DNA of 64,000 bases from Vicugna vicugna (lineage: Eukaryota), in assembly GCA_013265495.1 (NCBI GenBank), contig MU057711.1, positions 62,001 to 126,000 on the forward strand, written 5' to 3'. Numbering within the stretch: position 1 is the first letter of the stretch; the number at the start of each line of letters is the position of its first letter. Positions 39,333-51,441 of the stretch are shown piece by piece. Below the pieces are notes generated by a model. The model saw only the letters and a list, made by a program, of their open reading frames with translations. It was not told the DNA's origin and did not search any database. The translations under genes and the position numbers were made by a program.

Positions 39333-41479
39333 ATAGATAACTGCTTTGGTTATATATTTGTTCAAAGAGAACCAACCCAACTTTCCATATTCCCTTTACC
39401 AAACAATACTGCCAAATAATATTCCATACAGATGCAGTAAATTTAGTAAGATGACATGAGGAATCTGTTTGAATGGGTATCCATTAACAAGATATTATTC
39501 TAAAGAAGTCTAAATTTCTAGGAATGATTTAAAAATTTCACTTTTTAAGTTCATAAAATTCTATCTAGACATCCTTTCCCTTTCTATTTTGACACACTGG
39601 GCCCCAAAGAAGATTCACTATGCTTGCAGAGAGCTCTGACTACCTTTAACTTCAGAGTATAAACAAAATACAGAGAGACTTAGGCACCATAATCCAGAAC
39701 ACATGCACACAGTTTTCCAAGACTGGAGGCCCTTAATGCTGGGTAAACAATAAACCTACTCCTGCCCTGCCTTTCTTTATCAGTTAAATCATTATCAGAA
39801 CCTTCATTGTAAGGGAAAAAAAAGTAGGATTTATTTACTTCAGATTGTATATGAACATAAAAATCTTAGGTGAAGACAATAAACCCCAAGTAAGAGGATG
39901 CTGGCAGCAAATGATGATGGGAGATTGTTAAGTGCCCTAAAATTGAAAGTTTAAAGGGGTTATAATTTTCATTTGATGAGGATTATTATTAACAAGTGAG
40001 AAATGGATATGTTCTAATTACTAGTTTTATTAGGGAATTTATTTTTCATAACTTGAATGTTGAATTTTTAAGAGAAATGCAATCAAGGTAATTATGGCAA
40101 ATTAATGATCTTCAAAGGCTTAATAAATTAATAATGTTTTGAATTTTATACTGTTATATGTGTATCTCAGTTGAAGTCACATATTTCCTCTACTCCTATG
40201 AGAAGAGGGTCTTAAGGAATCTGAAGAAGCTTGCAATTTGAATTTTTCCAACCTTGTCATGTTTTTATGGGTTAACAGACATTTTTAATTTAAAATTCCA
40301 ATATGAGAGGACACTCCATCTTCTAGAGGAATCCTCTATGTTCCAGAAGGTAAGGAATTCATTAGAGATGATAATACATAATGACAGAAAGAACTAGAGA
40401 ACAGGAACTTGGCATTAATCATCACTAAGATTTTCAGATTTTCCATTAACTCTCATTAAAGTAAATTTACTTGAATGAAGGTTTTTATAGTACAAATTTT
40501 AGAACTGCATTTGGCCTGACATTTTTTTCTTAGGGCAATGAAGTCAGTCTGCATTCACTCGGTTTATGCAGTAAGGCTACCTTTCGTTAGACCCTTAAAT
40601 TCCAAAATCCAGATCCTTTCTTACCATGTACACCTACGTCTCATTACAAATTTATAAAGATGTCGTACTTGCTAATTATTCAACAGCTGCCTACATGAGC
40701 ACTACTATCCAAAGCAGGTTCTTCTCACAGATGAAGCATGGCATCTAGGATTTCTGAGTTGTTACTTCCTCTGAATGAACACACTGTATCAGTCTATACA
40801 GATGTTAAAGGATTTTCCCACCAAAGGTATCTTTTATGCATTTCTGTCTAATGAGTTGCTTCATTTTTAACAGAATTCTTAATTTTTACTACATGATGGA
40901 CTCCTACTTAGGGTTTTGGGTTAGAGAAGAAACCTCAATTTTGCTCACAAACCAGTGGCTAGACAGTTAAAATCAAATTCAACCTGAAAGTAATTATTTC
41001 TTAAGTGGCATGATTCAATCAAAGTGATGAATGCCCTAAAATTTAATAGTAGAAGCTGTCGGTCTCTCTGATAACTGCTGTGTCAGACTGAACTGAAAAA
41101 CACAATACATATGGTCAGCAGAGTTTAGCAAATTATTCCTCTTATAAATTCAAGAGCAGAACAGTTAAACATACAAAATGAGTTGATTTATAAAACTATG
41201 ATTTAAACTCATGGTTACTCAAAGGCAAACCTCTGACAGTTATGCCCCATCCAGTTTAGAAACTCTTGATTTGTGTACTATCTTCTATTCTTAACTTGTC
41301 TTCCTAAGCACCAGAGAGGAACTTCCTGCAGGCTAGATTCTAGTGGCCTTAGTGAGATAATGCATCTATATGGTTTCTATGCATCATTTCTGGAACATAC
41401 TGGAAAAGAATATTTTTACTGAATCTAGAGTAGTGTAGTGATGAAATGCTTGAAGTATAATAAATTTCAGTAACTCAGT

Positions 41480-41860
41480 AAAAGTAAAGCAAAGCATTAA
41501 CCTCTCTGAGCTTCATTTCTTTATTTTAAAAATGATGTGGGTAGACTAAATGATCTTTAAGATTTCTTTCATAACTTATCCATCCACTCATCCAACAACT
41601 TTTAAGTACCTCCTGAGTGCTTGGCACTCAGTTAGGTATTAGATAAGCACAAATGAGGCATGCTCCCTGCCTTTGAGAACTTTCTGTCCCTGAAGCAGAC
41701 AGATGTGGTAACAGACAGGTACCATGTGGCAATGAGGCAGAATTATGAACATGTACGATGGGTTCTGAGCTGGTGGAGGTATTCACTGCTTGGGTGAATT
41801 TGGGGAGGGCTTCCCTGATAAGGCCAGATTTGCGCTGGTCAGAAACTTAGTAGGTAATTA
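41480..41860. mobile_element. MIR core plus L2 3' fragment
   Basis: ttaacctctctgagcttcatttctttattttaaaaatg, then catccactcatccaacaac..tacctcctgagtgcttggcac..ccctgccttt. Confidence 0.6.
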
Positions 41861-42505
41861 GCTACAGGTGATACGTCAGTGAAATGCTAACACTACCAAC
41901 ACATGTCATTTTATAGTATATAAAGCTCTTTCTATATGGAATAAGTTGAAACCAATCAGATCATTAAAAGAACTTCAAGTTAAAGCAATTTACTAAAATA
42001 ATGAGACATACTCTAACTCATTCAAAAACAATTAGGTAAAGCTTATTTTATTAATATAACACACACATTAAATACACCTGACAATCAGAAAAACTGCTCA
42101 TATTCTCCTTCCAGTCATAGGAAATCTGAAGTTTATGATAATTCTGAGAAGTAAATAATTTCCTCAAGATTATGGAATTTGATTAAAGTAGTCCCTAAAC
42201 TTCACATGTAAAATTATAAATACATTTTTTTCAAGCAGAAATAAGTACAGTAGTGATCAAATATGAAAACTGTATATTAAATGCATTAAAATTCCTTTCA
42301 AATAGCTACATACAATACTTTAAGAAATTTGATACTAACTCTATAAGTGAGTGTATCTTTAACAGTATGGAGAATAGACAGTTGTAATGCCAACAGTAAA
42401 ATTTACAGTGACCAAAAAACCTCTAGTTAATCTTCAAATTGTATTCTCTGCCTTTTGGAAAGCAGTGTAGAATGCTATTTACAGGTCATGTTAAGAGTGC
42501 TTGCT

Positions 42506-42798
42506 AACAAAATGTAGAACAGATAAACAAGATTATACTGTATAGCACAGGGAAATATATACAAGATCTTACGGTAGCTCACAGAGAAAAAAATGTGACA
42601 ATGAATACATATATGTTCATGTATAACTGAAAAATTGTGCTCTACACTGGAATTTGACACAACATTGTAAAATGATTATAAATTCATAAAAAATGTTTAA
42701 AAAATGCATGAAAGGTAAATTTCTTGTATTTGATTTTAAAATTATTTTTATTGTAAACTTATATTTGATTAAAAGTTTGGCTTATTATAGGAAAAACA
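42506..42798 (+). mobile_element. Short camelid L1 3' end with a 3'-transduced segment
   Basis: Matches 51575-51765. Perfect 13-bp TSD aagagtgcttgct at 42493-42505 and 42799-42811. Confidence 0.92.
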
Positions 42799-43762
42799 AA
42801 GAGTGCTTGCTTCAATAAGAAAAGATTTAACCTGTCTTTCTTAATGTTGAATTAGATAAACAGTAGGTTAATGATACACAGCATTCACAATACACTATCC
42901 AAAGGGCTGTACTGCTGTTGAAGTGTTCTGGGGGTTAAAGATAGGGTCCTAGGTAGATTAGAGAGATTCTGCAAGAACAAGGGGCAAAGAGATAACAGGC
43001 AAATTTGGCTTTTCTATAGTGCTCATGGGATTGATCTTGTGTTTTTATTTTTATTTTTTTCTTCACAGTTAGGAGATTAGGGGAGTGGATTCTGGGAAGA
43101 TGGAGGGATAGAAAGCACCAGAAATCTTTCTCCCATCAAGAAAACAATTGCATTGGCAGAATCTATCTGATGTATTCATTTTGGAATTCTGTAGTCTCTT
43201 GAAGGGTTGCAGCTTCTAGGAGAAGGTCTGGATGGTAAACTGCAGTTAATTTTGGTCTATTTTCAGCTCTTAGCACAGTATCAGCACCTCCAGCTCCATG
43301 TAAGGCAGCTGTGCCCATGTTCCTGGAGCAGTATGCACACAGTTTGTAGGAGCCAGAGTGGGCAAAAAGGCCCCTGTCCTCCACAGATCAGGGATCTGTT
43401 CTCTGATGGCTGATTGTTGCTTCTGGTTACAGAGGTGCAGACAGAAATGGGGACAGACATTGTTTTTGCTGTTGCAACTCCCTTCCTTCTAGCTGAAATG
43501 ATTTACAGGGGATTTAAAAGACCAGTGCCCTTCCCTACCTGCCCACCCTCCTTCATTTTCTTCTTCCTCCCTCTTAGGAGCCAGACATTAAAGACTAGGG
43601 CATTAAAAAACAACTACATATATGATAAAAATTACTGAAGTAACTGTGCCAAGGAAAGGGTCAGGCCCAGAAAAGTTCTGAGAAGAACTTAAGTTTACAC
43701 CTCAGGTTCATTTTGGCACTGAGACAGCCTAAAATAATAATAATAATGAAAAATAAACAAGT

Positions 43763-43852
43763 GAGGAGGGTATAGCTCAGTGGTAGAGTTTGGTCTGAGC
43801 ATGCATGAGGTCCTGGGTTCAATCCCCAGTACCTTCAATAAAAAAATAAGTT
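43763..43852 (+). mobile_element. tRNA-derived SINE, camelid Vic-1-like
   Basis: gaggagggtatagctcagtggtagag (A box)...gaggtcctgggttcaatccccagtacc (B box) plus an A-rich tail. Confidence 0.88.
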
Positions 43853-45529
43853 AAAAACACCCCAAAACAGTAACAAAAAACAGCAAGACCTAGGGAAGGG
43901 GAAAGTCTGATTTCAAGAATTATCACATTATTAAATTCAAATGTCCAGTGTTCAATGAGAAATCACAATGCATACAAAGAAAAAGGAAAGAACAGCTTAT
44001 TCAAAGTAAAAAAAAAAAAAATCAACAGAAACTCCCTGAACAAGACCTGATGACACAACTACTAGACAAAGAATTTAAAACAACAGTCTTAAAGATGGTC
44101 AAAGAATTAAAGGAAGATGCGCAGAAAGTCATGAAAATGATGAACGAAATGGTTCATTTCAAATAGTGTATGAAATATCAATAAAGAGACAGAAAACCTA
44201 AAAAAAAAACACAGAAATTTTGGAGCTAAAAATTACAATAACTGAAATGAAAAATTCACTAGAGGGATTAAAAGGCAGATCTGAGCAGGCAGAAGAAAAA
44301 AACTCAGTGAATTTGAAGATAGAACAATGGAAATTATTAAGTCTGAAGAACAGAGAAATAAGACTGAAGAAAAGTGAACACAGCTTGAAACACCTGTGGG
44401 ACACTGTGGGGAATCTCAGAAAGAAAAGAAAGAAACGGGCAGAGAGAATATATGAAAAAAAATGGTTGAAAACTTCCCAAATTTGATGAAAAACATGAAC
44501 ATAAATATTTAAGAAGCTCAATAAATTCCAAAAAAGATGAATTCAAAGAAGCCTACACCAAGACATTACAATCAAAACTTTAAAAAACCAAGGCAAAGAG
44601 AGAATACTGAAAACAATCTATGACATATAAAGAATTCTCAGTAAGACCATAAACACATTTTTACATCAGAAACACTGGAGGCCAGAGGGGGCCAAGATGG
44701 CAGAGTAGAAGGACACTTGTAGCTCACCCTCTTCCACAAATACACCAAAACTCACATCCATGGACCCACCCAGCCAACAAGAACACCTGTTGAACTCTGA
44801 CAAAACAATGCCCTCTTCAAAAGACAAAGACACCACGAATCTGGTAGGAGAAAAGGAAAACAGAAAGAAAAAAAAGTAGAACAGCATGGGACCGGTCCCA
44901 CAGGGAGGGAGTGGCAAAGGAGAAATAGTGCTCAGGGAGGGAGCGGCAGAGGAGGAATAGTGCTTGTTCCCTGGGTCTCCCTCTCTCCAACGAAGAGCTG
45001 ACTGGGATGGAGGGGGAACCTCTGAGGCTTGGATCTGTACGGAGCACCCTGGGGTACTGCAGGGTGCTGTGCGTCATTGATAAGTGGGTACACAGGGCAA
45101 TACAACATGGGCTCTCCATAAAATACAAAGAAAAAAAAAAAAAAAACGGCTGATGTGCCCTAGGGGGAAGAGCACCACACCACCATCTCTGGAAATTTAC
45201 CAAAGGTTTTCAGAAGAGAGGTGGGGCTCAGCCACAGCCCTATATCCTCTGGAGCTTAGCACCCAGGTGGGGGTGGGGTCAAAACCTGAATCTGTACCTA
45301 AGGGCTTAGCAACCTCAAAGACCAGAGACTTGTTTACGGCCCAAGGCAGATAGGATCTTTCTGGCCTGGTACCTCTAAGAAAAACAAGGAGCTGAGTTTT
45401 GGCACGGAGCAGGGGTAGGGCTGTTCCACCATTTTCCCTGAGCCTGCCTATGAAGCGTGGACCTGAGGTGGAGCAGGCACCTGCACAGAGCAGGGGAGTG
45501 TCTGGCGCCAGGAGAGGGTGGGTGGCCAC

Positions 45530-45828
45530 CTGCCTTCCTGGCAGGAGCAGAGCATCTGACCATGGTGCTGGGAGGGGGCGCGGTTAGCCCACCTACCTTG
45601 CCAGAGCACAACATCTGACCTCAGCATTGGGAAGAGGAGTCACCTGCCCGCCCACTGTGTAACAGCACAGCACCTGACTGTAGTGTTGGGAGGGGGTGTG
45701 ACCTGCCCGCCTACCTTGCATGAGCACAGCATCTGACCACAGCATCGGGAGGGGGAGTGACCTGCCTGCCTGCCGTGTAAGAGCACAACACCTGATCGCA
45801 GTGTTGGGATGGGACGTGACTTGCATAC
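45530..45828 (+). repeat. ~59-bp tandem repeat, ~5 copies, in the L1 5'UTR
   Basis: The anchor (g/c)agca..(g/a)ca(t/c)ctga recurs at ~45546, 45604, 45663, 45722 and 45781. Confidence 0.9.
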
Positions 45829-46318
45829 CGAGAGGCACTGGGAGCAGCACAGACCATGGGTGCCAACAGAGGGCCTCTGGAAGCAGCAAGCTGAGTTCAT
45901 GAAATAGGGTGAAGATAGAAAGACCTCTAGATAAAATCATTAAGAGCGCACAGTCTCCATGAGAACACATCCCCCTTTTAAAAAATCTATTTCTTATCTG
46001 TTCTATTTTCTATTACCTTTTTAAATTTTACTTTTTAAACAATTGTATATGTCTCCAGTTTTAATCCCTTTAAAATTTTTCTTTTAAAATATTTTTTATT
46101 ATTATAGTTTTTTAAAATCAACCTCATTTCATTTTTATTTCAATTGGCTTGATCTCCTGTTATTGATTATACATTGTTCTCAAACATTTTTTCTCTCTTC
46201 TTTTAAAATTCTTTTTTAAAGTTTTATTCCTGCATAGGCTTTAAATAGATAAATAAATAAACTCCTTAAGAACCAAACTAGATAACTGATACTCCATAAG
46301 CCACAGTGCCAGAGAGAT

Positions 46319-47218
46319 ATGAGCAAGATTTAGAAGCAGAGGAACCACTCCCAATTAAAAGAGCAAGAGAAATCCCCTGAAAGAATGATCAGTGAAATAG
46401 ACATTGACGGCCTACTAGATCAAGATTTCCAAAAAGGAGTGATCAAAGTACTGAAGGAACTAAAAGAGATAATGTTTAGAGATATAAAATCAAAAATGAA
46501 ACTGAGGCTGTAAAAAAGAGGCAAGTAGAAGTGATAAACTCGTTGGCTGAGATGAGAGCTCACCTAAAGGCTGTACAAAGCAGGTTAGATAATGCAGAGG
46601 AACGAATAAGTGATCTCAAAGACAGGACAACAGAAAGCACCCAATCAGAACAGCTGAGAGAAAAACAAACAAAAAACAATGAAAACAATGTAAGGGACCT
46701 ACGGGATAATACAAAACATGCCAATCTATGCATAAGAGGGGTTCAAGAAGGGGAAGAAAGAACAAAGGGGATTGAAAAAGTATTTGAAGAAATCATGACT
46801 GAAAACTTCCCAAACCTAAAGAAGGAATCAGATGTCCAAGTACAGGAAGCTCAGAGGGGCCCAAAAAGGAAGAATCCAAACAGACCCACACCAAGACATA
46901 TCATAATCAAGATGGCCAGAATCAAGGATAAAGAAGTGGTCCTAAAGGCAGCGAGAGAAAAACAAGGAGTGAGTTACAAGTGAACCTCTATAAGGCTTTC
47001 AGCTGATTTCCTCTACACAAACAGTATAGGCCAGAAGGGAGAGGCAAGATATATTCAAAGTCCTGAATGAAAAAAAGATGCAGCCTAGGATACTTTATCC
47101 AGCAAGGTTATCCTTTAGAATAGAAGGAGAGATAAAGAACTTTACAGACAAGCAAAAACTAGAAGAGTTAAGCAACACTAAACCCATGCTAAAAGAAATA
47201 TTGAAAGGTCTACTCTAA
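46319..47218 (+). pseudogene. L1 ORF1 (RNA-binding chaperone), disrupted
   Basis: MSKI* early stop. Coiled-coil/RRM segment SRLDNAEERISDL..ENFPNL..RPTPRHIIIK..LKAAREK. Further stop and frameshift near 46981. Confidence 0.92.
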
Positions 47219-47619
47219 ATAGAAAAGAAGCAGGATGCTACAGAAATGAGAAACTCATAACTGGAAAGGCGATAACTACCATGAATTACAAATAGAATAA
47301 ACATGAAATTGTAAAAGAAGGCATCTAAATAATTAGGAGTGGGAGAGCGAAGCAAAAAAAATAGAGTTGCTGTTTTTCTTTTTAAATTTTTTGTTCTTGG
47401 TAGGATGGGTTTGAGCTTATATTACTATCTGCTTAATACAAAGTTATAGTAATGGGTTAATAGACTTAAAAAAAGGATAACCACAAGCCAAAAACTTACA
47501 AGTGAATCACAATAAATAAATAAAGTCCAGGATAATACAAAGGAAAATTACTAAACCACAAAAGGAAGAAGAAAGGAACAGAGACGAAATACCAAATCAA
47601 CTGCAAAAACAAGTTCAAA

Positions 47620-50600
47620 ATGGCAATAAACACATGTCTATCATTAATTACTGTAAATGTTAATGGACTAAATGCTCCAATCAAAAGACATAGAGTGGCA
47701 AACTGGATAATAAAGCAAGAACCTTCAATATGCTGCATACAAGAGAATCACTTTAGGGAGAAGGAAACAATACAGATTCAGAGTGAAAAGATGGAAAAGG
47801 ATATTCCATGCAAATGGAAAAGCCAAAAATGCAGGTGCACAATACTGATTTCAGACAAAATAGACTTTAAAACAAAGACCATAAAGAAAGATAAAGAAGG
47901 ACATTACATAATGATTAACGGAGTAATACAAGATGAGGATATTACACTCATAAATATATATGCACCCAATATAGGAGCACCTAAGTACATAAAACAGTTA
48001 ATAACAGAGATAAAAGGGGAAATTGACAGGAATACAATAATTGTTGGAGATTTTAACACTGCATTAACATCAATAGACAGATCTCCCAGACAGAAAATAA
48101 ACAAGGCAATAGAGAAATTAAATGAAACAACAGAAATATTAGATTTGCTGGATTATTTTCAGAGCATTACACTCCCCCCCCAAAAGGATATACATTCTTT
48201 TCAAGTGCACATGGAACATTTTCTAGGATTAATCATGTACGTGGGCACAAAAGAAGCCTCAGCAATTTTAAGAAGATAGAAATTATCTCAAGCATCTTTG
48301 CTGACCACAATGCCATGAAACTAGAAATCAACTACAGAGAAACAAAGGAGAAAAAAAGGAAGGCATGGAGATTAAACAACATGCTATTAAAAAGCCAATG
48401 GGTCAATGATGAAATGAAAGTTGAAATTAAAAAATACCTTGAGACAAATGACAATGAAAACACAACAACACAAAATTTATGGGACACAGTAGAGGCAGTG
48501 CTAAGAGGGAAATTTATAGTAATACAGGCCTTCCTCAAAAAAAGAACAATCTCAAATAAACAATCTAATCCACTAGCTAAAAGAATTAGAAAAAGAAGAG
48601 TAAAATAACCCAAAAGTCAGCAGAAGGAAGGAAATAAAAAAGATTAGGGAGGAAATAAATAAAATAGAGATTAAAAAAATAGAAAAAAATCAATCAAAAC
48701 TAAAGCTGTTTTTTTTAAAAGTAAATAAAATCAACAAACCTCTGGCCAAATTTACGAAGAAGAAAAAAGAGAGAGCACAAATAAGCAAAATAAAAAAGGA
48801 AAATGGGGAAATTACAACAAATAACACAGAAAAACAGAATATCATATGAAAATATTATGAAAAACTACATGGAAGCAAAATGGATAACCTAGAGGAGATG
48901 GACAAGTTTCTGGAAACATACAGTCCACCAAGACTGAATCAAGAAGAAACTGACCACCTGAACAAACCAATCACTAGAAATTAAATTGAATTAGCAATAA
49001 AAAACCTCTCTACAAATAAAAGTCCAAGACCAGACGGCTTCACCAGGGAATTCTATGAAACATACAAAGAAGAACTCATACAGTCCTTCTCAAAATCTTC
49101 CAGAAAACTGAAAAGGAGGGAATACTCCCAAACTCATTCTATGAAGCTACCATCACCATGATACCAAAACCAGGCAAAGATCTCACCAAAAAAGAGAATT
49201 ACAGACCAATATCACTGATGAACATACATGCAAAAATCCTTACCAAAATATTAGCAAATAGAATTCAACAGCACACAAAAAGATTATACATCATGACCAA
49301 GTGGAGTTCATCCAGGGACACAAGGGTTCAACTTACAGAAATCAATCAATGTAATACATCACATCAATAAGAGAAAGCACAAAAACTGCATGATCATCTC
49401 AACAGACGGAGAGAAAACATTTGATAAAATTCAAAACCCATTTATGATAAAAACTCTCACCAAAGTGGGTATAGAGGGAACATATCTCAACATAATAAAA
49501 GCTATATATGACACACCTACAGCCAGCATAGTACTCAACGGTGAAAAACTCAAAAATTTCCCATTAAAATCTGGGATAAGACAAGGATGCCCACTCTCAC
49601 CATTCCTATTCAACATAGTCTTGGAAGTCCTAGCCACAGAAATCAGGCAAGAGAGAGAGAAATAAAAGGGATCCAAATTGGAAAACAAGAGGTAAAAGTG
49701 CCACTATATGCAGACGACACGATCCTATATACAGAAAACTCTAAAAGCTCCACACAAAAACTACTAGAGCTGATCGAAGAATTCAGCAAAGTAGCAGGTT
49801 ACAAGATAAACATACAAAAATCAGTTGCATTTGTTTACAGTAACAATGAATCAACAGTAAAAGAAAGTAAAGAATCAATCCCCTTTAAAATAGAACCCAA
49901 AGTAATAAAATACCTAAGAATAAATCTGACCAAGGAGGTGAATGACTTATACATGGTGAACTATAAAACACTCATTAAGGAAATTAAAGAAGACTTAAAA
50001 AAAGGGAAAGCTATCCCCTGCTCCTGGATTGGAAGAATCAATATTGTAAAAATGGTCATACTGCCCAAGGCAATCTACAGATTTAATGCAATCCCTATCA
50101 AATAACCCAGGACATATTTCACAGAACTAGAACAGATCATAATAAAATTTATATGGAACCATCAAAGACCTAGAATTGCCAAAGCATTACTGAAGAAAAT
50201 GAAAGAGGCTGGAGGAATAATTCTCCCAGACTTCAGACAATACTACAGAGCTATAGTAATCAAAACAGCATGGTATTGGTTAAAAAAAAAAACAGACATA
50301 TGGAACAATGAAAGAGAATAGAGAGCCCAGAAATGAACCCATAAACTTTTGATCAACTAATCTTTGACAAAGGAAGCAAGGATATACAATGGAATAAAGA
50401 CAGTCTCTTCAGCAAATGGTATTGGGAAAACTGGACAGCAGCATGTAAATCAATGAAGCTAGAACACTCCCTTACACCGTACACAAAAATAAACTCAAAA
50501 TGGATCAAAGAATTAAACATAAGACAAGATACAATAAACCTCCTCTTAGAAGAAAATATAGGCAAAACATTATCTGACGTACATCTCAAAAATGTTCTCC

Positions 50601-51441
50601 TAGGGCAGTCTACACAAGCAATAGAAATAAAAGCAAGAATAAACAAATGGGACCTAACAAAACTTATAAGCTTCTGCACAGCAAAGGAAACCATAATTAA
50701 AACAAAATGACAACCTACAGAATGGGAGAAAATTTTTGTAAAAGATGAAACTGACAAAGGCTTGATCTCCAGAATATATAAGCAGCTCGTACAACTTAAT
50801 AAGAAAAAAACAAACAACCCAATTCAAAAATGGGCAGAAGACCTAAACAAGCAATTCTCCAAGGAATACACATGAATGACTAATGGGCACATGAAAAAAT
50901 GCTCAATATCGCTAATTATCAGAGAAATGGAAATCAAAACTACAATGAAGTATCACCTCACACCAGTCAGAATGGCCATCATTCAAAAGTCCACAAATGA
51001 CAAATGCTGGAGAGGCTGTGGAGAAAAGGGACCCCTCCTACACTGCTGGTGGGAATGCAGTTTGGTGTAGCCACTGTGGAAAACAGTATGGAGATTCCTC
51101 AAAAGACTAGGAATAGACTTACCATATGACCCAGGAATCCCGCTCCTGGACATATATCCAGAAGGAACCCTAATTCAAAAAGACACCTGCACCCCAAAGT
51201 GCATACCAGCACTATTTACAACAGCCAAGACATGTAAACAGCCTAAATGTCCATTAACAGATGACTGGATAAAGAAGATGTGGTATATTTATACAATGGA
51301 ATAAAAAACAACAGTCGTAATAAACAACAACATAACACCATTTGCAGCTACATGGGATGTCCCTGGAGAATGTCATTCTAAGTGAAGTAAGCCAGAAAGA
51401 GAAAGAAAAATACCATGAGATCGTTCATATGTAGAATCTTA
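47620..51441 (+). pseudogene. L1 ORF2 (endonuclease and reverse transcriptase), disrupted
   Basis: Motifs [47 protein letters not shown] and [15 protein letters not shown] are split over several frames by frameshifts and stops. Confidence 0.95.

Noticed and set aside
43763..43852. Possible tRNA gene (A and B boxes)
   Set aside because: No intact cloverleaf, an A-rich tail, and several diverged sister copies with TSDs, so it is a SINE.
45530..45828. CRISPR-like repeat array
   Set aside because: The units are contiguous diverged repeats without unique spacers, inside a mammalian L1, and there are no cas genes.
44666..45970. Antisense ORFs in the L1 5'UTR (ORF0-like)
   Set aside because: They are low-complexity or repeat-derived translations in several frames, with nothing to single one out.
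47620..51441. Active or novel reverse transcriptase system
   Set aside because: It is canonical L1 ORF2 with multiple frameshifts and stops; ORF1 is also broken.
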